From contig JBGAOA010000006.1 in assembly GCA_044222065.1 (NCBI GenBank), positions 23,129-87,128 of the forward strand: DNA of 64,000 bases. Reading direction: 5' to 3'. Source of the stretch: Candidatus Eiseniibacteriota bacterium (GTDB taxonomy: Bacteria > Eisenbacteria > RBG-16-71-46). The position numbers and the translations under genes are program-made. Positions 22,501-32,216 of this stretch are shown piece by piece. Under the pieces are notes generated by a model, which was not told where the DNA came from, searched no databases, and worked only from the letters and a program-made list of their open reading frames with translations. Positions within the stretch are counted from its first letter, which is position 1, and the number at the start of each line of letters is the position of its first letter.

Positions 22501-22672
22501 GATCGGCATTCGCGCCGACGTACACGGTGGACACGGTGACGACCGCCATGTCGCTGCGCGGGAACTGCCGAACGCTGAGCGAGCGGATGGACTGGAGCCC
22601 CGCGATCAGGATGACGAGGTTGACGACGATCGCGAGGACCGGCCGGCGGATGAAGAGATCGGTGAACTTCAT
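19589..22672 (-). CDS. RND efflux transporter permease (AcrB/MexW-like)
   Basis: MKFTDLFIRRPVLA start, GLVVDDAIVMVEN, GLVAKNGILIVEFAN, RLRPILMTT. 1027 aa. Confidence 0.96.
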   Translation of the reverse strand: MKFTDLFIRRPVLAIVVNLVILIAGLQSIRSLSVRQFPRSDMAVVTVSTVYVGANADLVRGFITTPLERVIASADGIDYMESSSAQSVSTITVHLKLNYDTNAALTQIQAKVAQVRNDLPPEAQAPVIEVQTADSEFASMYLGFASKDLDQNQISDYLVRVVQPRLSAVSGVQRADILGGRTFAMRIWLKPNLMAARGLSPTQVWTALSQNNYLSALGRTKGTMTSVNLVANTDLKTPDEFRQLIVKQEGDDIVRLGDVADVVLGAEDYDTEVRFNGETATFMGIWVLPTANSLDVIHRVREAMKDVQAELPVGMTAGIPYDATENIEDAIHEVLKTLTETLLIVVVVIFLFIGSVRGLVIPVVAIPISLIGAVFLMNVAGFTINLLTLLAIVLSVGLVVDDAIVMVENIERHVHEGRKPFDAAILAARELIGPIIAMTITLAAVYTPIGIQGGLTGSLFREFAFTLAGAVIVSGIVALTLSPMMGSRLLRAGDSERGFAGFVNRQFDKVRDGYSSALAGTLRHRPVVLTLWLIVVLLMVPFYMFSQKELAPAEDQSVVFGIVQAAPNATLDQTRLFTTGMFEAYKSTPEMKNTFQITFPTGGFGGMVTKPWSERKRPTSAINMEVTGKMSRIPGIRVISVTPPALPGGGSFPVDIVIASTAEPKQLADIANQLVQKAYASGMFMYVDTDLKFDQPQAEVVFDRDKVRSLGVDMGQAGRDLSTMLGGNFVNRFSIQGRSYKVIPQIKRAERLTPEQLEQVYVTGPGGKLVPLSTFATLKTTTEPRELKRFQQLNAVRIQGVIPPPVPLDQALTYLETEARKILPTGYTVDFAGESRQLRTEGGKFLPVFLLSAILIGLVLAAQFESFRDPIVIMTGSAPLALTGALLFTFLGFTSLNIYSQIGLITLVGLVAKNGILIVEFANTLQRTGLDKGRAVTEAAATRLRPILMTTAATVFGHLPLIIARGPGAGARNSIGITLVTGMIIGTVFTLFVVPAIYTVVAKTHARDEALEPVLEPSPAEAEPVTA

Positions 22673-23799
22673 CAGCTGTCTTCCGGCTTCGGCGCGGCGC
22701 TGTTGCTCGGCGTCACGGCGTTGTTCACGACGACGGAGGCGCCGGTGCGCAGCTTGAACACGCCCGACGTCACGATCTCCTGTCCGGCCTTCACGCCGTC
22801 GAGGATCGCGACCTGGTCGCCGCGCGCCGGGCCGATCTTCACGAACTGCTGGCGCACGCCCTTGTAGGACTTGCCGTCCGGACCCTTCATGTCCTCGATG
22901 ATGAAGACCGAGTTTCCGTAAGGCGCGTAGTTGATCGCCGTCGTCGGCAGCGCAACGACGGGCTTCGCGCTGCCCACGACGACGTGCACGGTGACGAACA
23001 TGCCGGGGCGCAGCGCGCCGCCGACGTTGCGGAACGTCGCCTGCACTCTCACGTTCCGCGTGTCGCCGTCCACGACCGGGTTCACCGCCGTGATGCGCCC
23101 GGACGCGAGCTCGCGCTCGCCGTCCTCGCCGTGCGCGTGCACGACCGCCCCCGTCTTGAGATCGCCGACCTGCTGCTGCGGCACGGCGAAGTCCACGTAG
23201 ATCGGGTCGCGCGACTGGAGCGGCACGATCGGGTCGCCGCTGTTCACGTACTGGCCGAGGTTCACCTGACGGATGCCGGCCACACCCGAGAACGGCGCGC
23301 GGATCGTCTTGCGCTGGATCGTGGCTTCCACGCCGGCGACGGTTGCCTCCGCCTGACGGAACAGCGCCTCGACCTGGTCGAACTCGGCCTGCGCGATCGC
23401 CTGCGTGTCGAGCAGCCGGCGCGAGCGGTCGAGGTTCGCCTTCGCGAGCTGCAGGTTCGCCTGTGCCGCCGCGAGCGCCGCCCGTTCCTGGCGCGTGTCG
23501 AGCGTGACGAGCGTCTGTCCCGCGCCGACCGGCCGTCCGGACTCGAACGCGATGCGGTCCACGACGCCCGGGAGGTCGGCCGCGAGCGTGACGCCCTGCA
23601 CGGGCTCCACGGTCCCGACGGCTTCGAGCGTTCCTTCCCAGCGGTCCTGCTTCGCGACCACGGACGTCACGCTCTCGGGCGGGGCCGACCACGACTTGCC
23701 GGCCGCGATCGCGGCCTGGATCTGCTGGAACTTCACGAACCCCAGGATGGCGACGACGATGAGGACCGCCGTCAGCATCTGGAACATGCGCTTGCTCAT
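22672..23799 (-). CDS. RND efflux periplasmic adaptor (membrane fusion protein)
   Basis: N-terminal TM, lipoyl/hairpin pattern, IRAPFSG.AGIRQVNLGQY, LRPGMFV. Stop overlaps the permease start. Confidence 0.94.
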   Translation of the reverse strand: MSKRMFQMLTAVLIVVAILGFVKFQQIQAAIAAGKSWSAPPESVTSVVAKQDRWEGTLEAVGTVEPVQGVTLAADLPGVVDRIAFESGRPVGAGQTLVTLDTRQERAALAAAQANLQLAKANLDRSRRLLDTQAIAQAEFDQVEALFRQAEATVAGVEATIQRKTIRAPFSGVAGIRQVNLGQYVNSGDPIVPLQSRDPIYVDFAVPQQQVGDLKTGAVVHAHGEDGERELASGRITAVNPVVDGDTRNVRVQATFRNVGGALRPGMFVTVHVVVGSAKPVVALPTTAINYAPYGNSVFIIEDMKGPDGKSYKGVRQQFVKIGPARGDQVAILDGVKAGQEIVTSGVFKLRTGASVVVNNAVTPSNSAAPKPEDS

Positions 23800-24203
23800 G
23801 AACGATGGATCCCCGCTAGCGGAGGGTGGAGGAGGAGAGGGTGGCGCGTGAGGCGGGGCCACCGCTGCGGCGACCGTCCCGGTCCCCTGTGCAAGAGGGT
23901 GCGGCGCGGGAGGCGGAGCGACGCGTCAGTCGAGGTGCGCAAGCCCTAGGGATGCGCGCCGGTGGAGCCGGATTCGGCCCGGATCGGACTCCTTCTTCGT
24001 CCGGGCGGGCACCGCGCCGGAGCGAGCGCGGAACTCTACCACCGGAGGCCGCGCGATCGGAGGCCGGAATGGACGATCGCGGGCCCGCCGCAGCCGAACG
24101 CCGAACGAACCCGGAACGCCCCGCATGGCCGCATCTGGGGTAGGGCCGGTAGAGTGCCGCGCCGGCCCGCTCCGTCGCCGAGTCCGACCCGAGGTGAACC
24201 CGC

Positions 24204-24890
24204 GTGAACGTCGCTTCCGAATGGTGGCTGCTCCGGCACGGCGAGACCGAATGGAATCGCGCGGGCCGGCTCCAGGGGCGCGACGATTCGCCGCTCACGG
24301 CCGATGGCCGTGCGGCCGCGGAGGCGCTCGCTCGCGCGTGCGCCGGCCTGGGCGCGGCGCGGCTCTGGACGAGCCCGCTCGGACGCGCACGCGCGACGGC
24401 CGAACGGATCGGCCGAGCGTGCGGGCTCGATCCCGAGCCGCACGAGGCGCTCGCCGAGATGTCGTTCGGCGAGTGCGCGGGGCTCACGCTCGACGAAGTG
24501 CGCGCGCGCCATCCGGGCCTGTTCGACGCGCGCGCGCGCGACCGCTGGCGACACCGCTGGCCCGGCGGCGAGAGCTACGAGGACGTGTGCGCGCGCGTGC
24601 GCGCGTGGCTCGATCTCGCGGGACCGCTCGCGAGCGCGAAGCCGGCGATCGTCGTCGCGCACCAGATCGTGAACCGCGCGCTGCTCGTGGCGCTCGGCGC
24701 GTGCGCGCGCGATGCGGCGATGGCGAGCGAGCAGTCGGCGAACGTGATCGTGCGGCTCGAGGCGGGCGGCCCGCTCGCGCACGCCCGGCTCGACGCCGCG
24801 GAGACGTCGGCCGCCCTCGCGTGGCGGCCGGGAGCCCCCGCGGTCGCCGACGGCACCGACGCGGCGCTCGCGACCCAGCGCCTCGTCTGA
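24204..24890 (+). CDS. Histidine phosphatase (phosphoglycerate mutase family)
   Basis: LLRHGETEWN, QGRDDSPLT, SPLGRARATA, PGGESY, VVAH. Confidence 0.9.
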   Translation: MNVASEWWLLRHGETEWNRAGRLQGRDDSPLTADGRAAAEALARACAGLGAARLWTSPLGRARATAERIGRACGLDPEPHEALAEMSFGECAGLTLDEVRARHPGLFDARARDRWRHRWPGGESYEDVCARVRAWLDLAGPLASAKPAIVVAHQIVNRALLVALGACARDAAMASEQSANVIVRLEAGGPLAHARLDAAETSAALAWRPGAPAVADGTDAALATQRLV

Positions 24891-24989
24891 ACGACGCGCG
24901 GTCGGCGCGTTTCGGGGTTGTCGGACGGCGGCCGGCCCCGCTAGCTTCGCCGCTCCCGGCGTTCCTCGCGCCGTGGTCCGGAGGTCTTC

Positions 24990-25583
24990 TTGTCCGACGC
25001 CCCCAAGCCCGCCGGCGCTCTCGAATCCACGGCGTTCCTGCTCGACCGGGTCCGCGGCGGGGACGATCGCGCCCGGGAACGCCTCGTCGCCCGCTTCCTG
25101 CCGCTGCTTCGCCGCTGGGCTCAGGGCCGGCTCCCGGCCCGCGCCCGCGGGCTCGCCGACACCGACGACCTCGTGCAGGTTTCGCTGCTCCGCGCGTTGG
25201 AGCACGTGAACGACTTCGAAGTCCGTCGCGAGGGGGCGTTCCTCGCCTACCTGCGCCGCATCCTCGTGAACGCCCTGCGCGACGAAATCCGCCGTTCGAC
25301 CCGCCGCGCGAGCGAACCGCTCGACGGGAGGGACGTCGCTTCGCCCGACGCCTCGCTCATCGAGCAGCAGATCGGCCGGGACGTCGTCGAGACCTACGAG
25401 GCCGCGCTCGAGCGGCTCACGGAAGCGCAGCAGGAGGCGGTGATCATGCGGCTCGAATTCGGGTACGGCTACCCGCAGATCGCGGAGACGTTCGGTGACA
25501 CGACGCCGAACGCCGTGCGGATGCTCGTCTCGCGCGCGCTCGTGCGGCTCGCCGAAGAGATGGAGAAGCACCGTGACGGATGA
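24990..25583 (+). CDS. ECF-type RNA polymerase sigma-70 factor
   Basis: Region 2 (DTDDLVQ...FLAYLRRILVNALRDEIR) and region 4 (L...QQEAVIMR...YPQIAE...VSRALVRL). Confidence 0.92.
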   Translation: MSDAPKPAGALESTAFLLDRVRGGDDRARERLVARFLPLLRRWAQGRLPARARGLADTDDLVQVSLLRALEHVNDFEVRREGAFLAYLRRILVNALRDEIRRSTRRASEPLDGRDVASPDASLIEQQIGRDVVETYEAALERLTEAQQEAVIMRLEFGYGYPQIAETFGDTTPNAVRMLVSRALVRLAEEMEKHRDG

Positions 25584-27348
25584 CGCGCTCACCGAATCGG
25601 CCGGCCGCATCGCCGACGGGCTCGAGGTGGATTGGGAACGGCTGCGGCGAGAGTCGCCCGAGGCCGCGTCGCGGCTCGAGGCGCTGACGCAGCTCGAGCG
25701 GCTCGCCGGCGCCTGGCGCGCGGCCGGCGCCGTGCCGGACGACCGTCCCTCCGAGCCCGCACTGTTCGCGTGGGGCGAGCTCGAAGCGCGCGAGCGGCTC
25801 GGCGAGGGCAGCTTCGGCGAGGTTTATCGCGCGTTCGATCCGGCGCTGCGCCGCGAGGTCGCGCTCAAGCTGCGCCGCGCCGACGCGAGCGAGTCCGGCA
25901 CGCGGCGCGCGCTCGACGAAGCGCGCCACCTCGCGCGCGTACGGCACCCGAACGTGATCGCGATCCACGGCGCCGACGTGCACGACGGTCGCGTGGGCTT
26001 CTGGACCGACCTCGTGCTCGGCCGCACGCTCGACCAGGACCTGGCCGAGCGCGGCCCGTTCGGCGCGCGCGAAGCGGCGCTCGTGGGCTGCGATCTGTGC
26101 CGCGCGCTCGCGGCCGTGCACGCCGCCGGGCTCGTGCACGGCGACGTGAAGGGCGCGAACGTGCTGCGCGAGCACGGCGGACGCATCGTGCTCGCGGACT
26201 TCGGCTCGGGCCGCGACGCCGCGTCCGCGGGCGGGGGCGCCGTCGCGACCTCGCCGCTCGCCGCGGCGCCGGAGCTGCTGCGCGGCGATCCGCCGTCCGT
26301 CGCGAGCGATCTCTACGCGCTCGGCGCGCTGCTCTTCCGGCTCGCGAGCGGCCGGCATCCCTACGAGGCGGCGACGCTCGACGAGCTGCGCGCGAAACAC
26401 GAGCGCGGCGAGCGCGCCTCGCTGCGCGCGCTCCGGCCCGACCTGCCGACGTCGTTCGTCGCCGCGGTCGAGCGCGCGCTCCAGGCCGCGCCCGCGGACC
26501 GCTTCGCGGACGCCGGCGCGTTCGAACTCGCGCTCGAGTCGTCGCTCGCCGCGCCGTCGGGCGTGTCCGCGGGCGCGCCCGCCGCGCCGCGCCGTTCGCA
26601 CGCGCGGCTTCGCGCGGGGCTCGCCGCGGCTGCGGCGCTCGTCGCGGTCGTGCTCGCGGGCTCGCACTGCGCCGCTTCGGCGCGAACAGGCGCGCGAGAC
26701 GCCGGCCTCGCCGCCGCTCGCCGCGGGCGAACGCGCGCGGGCGACGCCGGGGCGCCGCGCCCGGCGCCGCCGGCCGCGAACCTCGCGCCGCTCGCGCCGC
26801 CCGGCGCACACGTCACGTTGTGGCGCGGTCGCGACGGCGTGCGCACGCCGCTCGCCGACGGTGACGCGGTCCGGCCGGGCGACCACCTGTGGCTCGAGTA
26901 CCGCGGCGACGAGCCGCTCCCCGTCTACGGGCTCGACGAAGACGACCGCGGCGAGACGTTCGCGCTCTTCCCGGTGCGCGGCACTGACGTGGCGAATCCG
27001 CTGCCCGCGCGCCGCGCCGCGCGGCTGCCCGGGTCGCGCGACGGCGCCCCTTTCGACTGGGTCGTGACGAGCGCGGGCGGTCACGAGCGCCTGCTCGTCG
27101 TGGCGTCGCGCGTCCCGCTCGCGGCACTCGAGAATCTGCTCGCGGCGGTGCCGGCGGCCGATGCCGGCGCGCCCGTCGCGTACGCGGGCGTGCCCGAGGG
27201 CGCGCTGCTCGCGCTGCGCGGCATCGGCGGCATGGCGCCGTCGGCGGCCGACGCGCGCGACGGCCGGCTCGCCGCGGTCGAGCGGGCGCTCGAGTCGCAG
27301 CGGAGCGCGGGCTACTGGGTGCGCCACTTCGTGCTCCACGCGCCGTGA
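25573..27348 (+). CDS. Membrane Ser/Thr protein kinase with extracytoplasmic C-terminal (DUF4384-like) domain
   Basis: LGEGSFGEVY, VALK, HGDVKGANV, DFG, APE and SDLYALG, then a TM segment, then VRPGDHLWLE...LFP...LPG. GTG start overlaps the end of the sigma gene. Confidence 0.88.
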   Translation: MTDDALTESAGRIADGLEVDWERLRRESPEAASRLEALTQLERLAGAWRAAGAVPDDRPSEPALFAWGELEARERLGEGSFGEVYRAFDPALRREVALKLRRADASESGTRRALDEARHLARVRHPNVIAIHGADVHDGRVGFWTDLVLGRTLDQDLAERGPFGAREAALVGCDLCRALAAVHAAGLVHGDVKGANVLREHGGRIVLADFGSGRDAASAGGGAVATSPLAAAPELLRGDPPSVASDLYALGALLFRLASGRHPYEAATLDELRAKHERGERASLRALRPDLPTSFVAAVERALQAAPADRFADAGAFELALESSLAAPSGVSAGAPAAPRRSHARLRAGLAAAAALVAVVLAGSHCAASARTGARDAGLAAARRGRTRAGDAGAPRPAPPAANLAPLAPPGAHVTLWRGRDGVRTPLADGDAVRPGDHLWLEYRGDEPLPVYGLDEDDRGETFALFPVRGTDVANPLPARRAARLPGSRDGAPFDWVVTSAGGHERLLVVASRVPLAALENLLAAVPAADAGAPVAYAGVPEGALLALRGIGGMAPSAADARDGRLAAVERALESQRSAGYWVRHFVLHAP

Positions 27349-27407
27349 CGCGCGGTCGGCGCGCGTTCGCTCTTTCTCGCGACCGCCCGTGCCGATAGTC
27401 TGACGAC

Positions 27408-30400
27408 ATGCGTGCCCGACTGCTCCCGACCCTGCTCGCCGGACTCGCGCTCGTCGCGAGCGTGGCCGATGCGAAACCGCGCGCCGCGGCGCCCTTCGAC
27501 TCGGCCTTATTCCGGAGCGTGGGGCTGCGCGAGCCGTTCCGGCCCTTCGCCGCCGCCGCGCGCTTCGGCAGCGTCGACAGCCTCGCGCGGCTCGAGCTCG
27601 GCCGGCTCACGGCCGCCCGTACGCGCGATTCGCTCGTGGTGGCCCGTGCGCTCGTGGACGTCGTCGAGACCGGGTGCCTGAACGGACGTGCGCGCGAACC
27701 GCTGCTGGCGGCCCAGCTGCAGCGCGCGCTCGCGATCCATCGCGCCCATCCGGGGCCGGATTCGCTGATCCTCGCGCGTTCGTGGCGCGTGGCGGGCGAA
27801 CTCGCGCGGCGCAACCGAGACTTCGACGAAGCGCTGCGGCTCGCCAACGCGGCGCTGCGCGTGTTCGAGCGCGCGCTGGCGCCGATGGACCTCGACGTCG
27901 GATCGGCCTCACGGCTCGTCGCCACGATCGGGACGAACCTCGGTCGAGGCGACTTCGAATCGCCGGCGCGCCGGGCCGTCGAGATCGCCGAGCATCATTT
28001 CGGCCCCGGTGACCCGCGAACGCTTCCGGCGCTCTCGACGCTCGCGGGCCAGCAGAACGTGCGCGGCGACCAGGTGCACGCGCTCGGCACGCTCGAGCGC
28101 GTGCTGGCGCTCGCCGAGCGCGCCTATGGTCCCGAGCACACCGAGACCGATCGCAGCCGATACAACGTCGCGGTCGTGGCGATGCGCGTCGGCGACTACG
28201 TGCGGGCGCGCGCGCTGCTCGATCGCGTCGTCCGGTCCGAGTCCGGACGCGCGCGCGTGGATTCGGCGCGGCTCTCGAACGCCGTCAGCGCGTACCTCGA
28301 AGTGCTGAACGACCTCGGCGACTTCGACGAGGCGCTCGCGCTGCACGGGCGCTTCGGCGATGCCTCCGAGCGCGGCCTGCCCCCGGGCGATCCGGATCTC
28401 GCGCGCTACCGTCACCAGCTCGCGCGCACTCTCGTGGGCTGCGGACGCGCGCGCGCGGCGATCGCGCTGTTCGACAGCGCGATCGTGACCGAGGCTCGGA
28501 TCACCGACAGTCTCGCGGCGCTGCCGATCTTGTTCGAGCGCGCCGCGGCGTTCCGCATCGCGGGCGACGGCCCCGGAGCGCTGCGCGCGGTGGATCTCGC
28601 CGGGACGCTCGCCGACCGGGCGGGGGAGCGCGCGCCCTCGTACCACGAGGTCGGACTGCTGTGGGCGCGCTGCCTCGACGACGCGGGCCGCCCGCGCGAG
28701 GCGGTCGCGCGGCTCGAGTCGTCGCGCCGGAGCGCGGAGCGCGCGCTGGGCCCTCGCAATCCGATCCTCGCGCGGATCCTCGGCGAGCAGGCGCGCGCGC
28801 TCACCGCCCTCGGTGATTCGCGCGCGTTCGGCGTCGCGCTCGAAGGCGCCGACCAGAGCGCGGAACTGCTTCGCACCGCCGCGCGCGGCTTCCCGGACCG
28901 CGAGGCTCTGCTCTACGCGAGCGGCCTCGGGCTCGGGCTCGATCCGCTGCTCGAGGTCGCGGCCGGCGGCGGGCTCGACGCCGCCCAGCGCCGCGCGGCG
29001 CTCGACCGCGTGGTCGCGGCGCGCTCGCTCGTGCTCGACGAGGTCGCCCGGCGCACGCGCGCGGCGCGGGCCGCGCGTGATCCGCGCGCCCGCGCACTGC
29101 TCGACTCGCTCGGCGAAGCGCGCGCCGTGCTCGCGCGCTGGCTCGTGCGCGCCGAGTCGGGCCTCGGCAGGATTCGCTGCGCCGCGAGGCGCGCGTGCGC
29201 GCGGAGCGGTTCGAGCGCGAGCTCGCCGCGCTCGGGCTCGAGCCGGCGTCGTCGGCGACGGGCTCGCCGCTCGACCGGCTGGCGTCCGGCGACGCGCTCG
29301 TCTCGTTCGTCGAGTACGCGGCACCCGCGGGCGGGTCCGCGACCGAACGCCGGCTGCTCGCGTTCGTGACGCGCGCGGGGTCGGCGCCGGCGCTCTTCCT
29401 GCTCGGCCGCGCTCCTCACCGTGGACTCGCTCGTCGCGCGCTGGCGCGGACGTCGCCGCGGGCACGGGCGCGAAAGACCTCGCGGCCGCCGAGCGCCGTG
29501 CGCGCACGAGCGGCGCCGCGCTGCGCGCGCGTGTGTGGGACCCGCTCGCGGCCGCGGTCGCGGATGCGGGGCGCGTCGTGCTCGTCCCCGACGGCGCGCT
29601 GCACCTCGTGGATTTTTCCGCGCTGCCGTCCGCGGCCGGCGGGTACCTCGCGGACCGTCCGGCGCTGCTCGCGCGCCTCGGAGCCGAGCGCGATCTCGAT
29701 GCCGTGCCCGCGGACGACGCGGGACGCGGGCTGCTCGCGCTCGGCGGCGCGGACTTCGACCTCGAATCCGGCGGCGACGCCGGGCCGGCGGCGCTCCGCA
29801 GTGGGGGAGTCGCCTGCGAGCGCTTCCGCGACGTGAAGTTCTCCGCGCTGCCCGCGACGCGGCTCGAGGTCGGGGACGTCGCCTCACGCTGGCGCGCCCG
29901 CGGCCTCAAGGCGACGGAGCTCACGGGCGCGGACGCGAGCGAAACGCGTCTCAAGCAGCTCGCGCCGTCGTGCGGTGCGCTGCACCTCGCGACGCACGGT
30001 TTCTTCCTCGGCGGCGAGTGCGCGCGATCCTCGTCCGCGACGCGCGGCATCGGCGGGCTCGCCCCATCGGACGCGGTTGCGGCGAGCAGCGCGACGCCGA
30101 ACGCGGCGAACGCGCTCCGGCTCGCGGGGCTCGCGCTCACGGGCGCGAACCGGCGCGGTTCGGGCGCCGGCGAGGACGGCGTGCTCACGGCGGAGGAGAT
30201 CTCGGCGCTCGACCTCTCGGGCGTCCACGAAGTCGTGCTGTCGGCGTGCGACAGCGGTGTCGGCGACATCGCCGCGGGCGAAGGCGTGCTCGGGCTTCAG
30301 CGCGCGTTCCGCATCGCCGGCGCCCGCTCGCTCGTCATGAGCCTGTGGCCGGTCGAGGACGCCGCGACGCGAGCGTGGATGGACGCCTACTACGACGCGC

Positions 30401-30531
30401 GGCTCGCGGGCGGCGCGGGCGTCGCGGCGTCCGTGCGCGCGGCGGACCGCGCGCGGCTCGCCGCGCTGCGGCGCGCGAAGTCGCCGACGCCTCCGCACCT
30501 CTGGGCGGGGTTCATTCCGCTCGGGGAGTAA
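27408..30531 (+). CDS. Secreted TPR + CHAT protease, frameshifted at ~29170-29450
   Basis: Signal peptide and TPRs (ORF 27408). Middle part in ORF 29195. CHAT in ORF 28813 with LVPDGALHLVDF, LHLATHGFF (His), VVLSACDSG (Cys) and PHLWAGF. Confidence 0.88.
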
Positions 30532-30692
30532 AGCGCGCGGGCGTCAATCGACGCGCACGCCGAGCCGGTGGGCGAGCGCCCGACGGCCCGCTGTGATGAC
30601 GAGCAGGGCGCGCGTGCCGCGGCCGATTCAGCGCATCGGGGCGGCTGCGCTCGTCGCGCCGCCGCCCCGCTCGTTCGCCTCGCGAAGACCGC

Positions 30693-32057
30693 TCAGGCCT
30701 TCACGTACTTGTCCGCGACGTCGAGCGCCTTGTCGATGCCGGCGAGCCCCTCCCGAGCCTCCTCCGCCGTGATCGTGCACGGCGGCGTGACCTGCAGGCG
30801 GTTGAAGTGCGCGAACGGCCACACGCCGTTCGCCTTGCACGCGCCCATCAACTCGACCATCGGCTTCGCGTCCGCGCCCGCGGCGTTGAACGGCACGAGC
30901 GGTTCGCGCGTCTTGCGGTCGCGCACGAGCTCGATCGCCCAGAACACGCCGAGACCGCGCACTTCGCCGACGCTCGGGTGCTTCGCCATCATCTTCTGCA
31001 GCTCGGGGCCGATCACGTCGGCGCCGATCCGGCGCGCGTTCTCGACGATCTTCTCTTCCTTGAAGATTCCGATGCTCGCGACGATCGAGGACGTGCCGAG
31101 CGGATGGCCGCTGTACGTGAGCCCGCCCTGGAACGAGCGGTCCTTGAAGAACTCGGCGATCTTGCGGCTCAGGATCACGCCGCCGACCGGGACGTAACCC
31201 GAGTTCGAGCCCTTCGCGAACGTGATCAGGTCCGGCGTCACGTTCCACTTGTTCACGGCGAACCACTCGCCGCAGCGGCCGAAGCCCGCCATCACTTCGT
31301 CGCAGATCATCTGGATGCCGTGCTTGTCGCACAGCGCGCGCACGCCCGCGAGGTAGCCGTCCGGCGGAACGAGGATGCCGTTCGTGCCGACCACGGTCTC
31401 GAGCAGGATCGCGGCGACCGTGTGCGGCCCCTCCACCATGAGCACGTTCGAGAGGTGTTCGAGCGCGCGCTCGCACTCCTCGGCCGGCGTCGTCGCGTGG
31501 AAGGCGGAGCGGTAGAGGTAGGGGCCCCAGAACTTCACCGCGCCCGGCGTCGCGGGCTCGTTCGCCCAGCGCCGCGGATCACCGGTGAGGCCGATGCTCG
31601 TTCCCGTCGCGCCGTGGTAGCTGCGGTAGGCCGACAGCACCTTGAGGCGTCCGGTGAAGCCGCGCGCGAGTCGCACCGCGTTCTCGACCGCGTCGGTGCC
31701 GCCGTTCGTGAAGAACACCATGTCGAGATCGCCGGGGGCGAGCTCGGCGATGAGCCGCGCCGCTTCGCTGCGCATGTCGTTCGCGTGGAACGGAGCGATC
31801 GTGCACAGCCGCGCGGCCTGCTCCTGGATCGCGGCGACGAGCTTCGGGTGCTGGTGCCCGATGTTCACGTTGACGAGCTGGCTCGAGAAGTCGAGCCAGG
31901 TGTTGCCCTTGTCGTCCCACATCCGCGAGCCGAGCGCGCCGGCGATCACCGTCGGCTGGAGGGCGGATTGGACGGACCACGAATGGAAGACGTGCTTGCG
32001 ATCGTTGGCGAATGCGGACGCCAGATAGGGCGAGGTGCTCGTTTGAGTGGGGTTCAT
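30693..32057 (-). CDS. Class III PLP aminotransferase (taurine/beta-alanine:pyruvate-like)
   Basis: HVFHSWS, LDFSSQLVNVNIGHQHP, FFTNGG, SYHGAT, DEVMAGFGRCG, DLITFAKG, GGLTYSGHP. Confidence 0.93.
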   Translation of the reverse strand: MNPTQTSTSPYLASAFANDRKHVFHSWSVQSALQPTVIAGALGSRMWDDKGNTWLDFSSQLVNVNIGHQHPKLVAAIQEQAARLCTIAPFHANDMRSEAARLIAELAPGDLDMVFFTNGGTDAVENAVRLARGFTGRLKVLSAYRSYHGATGTSIGLTGDPRRWANEPATPGAVKFWGPYLYRSAFHATTPAEECERALEHLSNVLMVEGPHTVAAILLETVVGTNGILVPPDGYLAGVRALCDKHGIQMICDEVMAGFGRCGEWFAVNKWNVTPDLITFAKGSNSGYVPVGGVILSRKIAEFFKDRSFQGGLTYSGHPLGTSSIVASIGIFKEEKIVENARRIGADVIGPELQKMMAKHPSVGEVRGLGVFWAIELVRDRKTREPLVPFNAAGADAKPMVELMGACKANGVWPFAHFNRLQVTPPCTITAEEAREGLAGIDKALDVADKYVKA

Positions 32058-32216
32058 GGCGGGGGAGAGTAGGACAGCGCGCGCGACGAGGAAAGGCGGC
32101 GGCGCGCGCCCTCCGCGCGATCTTCCGACCGAGTGTCCCCCGCGTGACGGGGAATGCGTTGAGGGAGTGGGCGCGTTCGCCCGTTCCCGCCATCGCCCGC
32201 TCCGGAGGTGTCCCCG

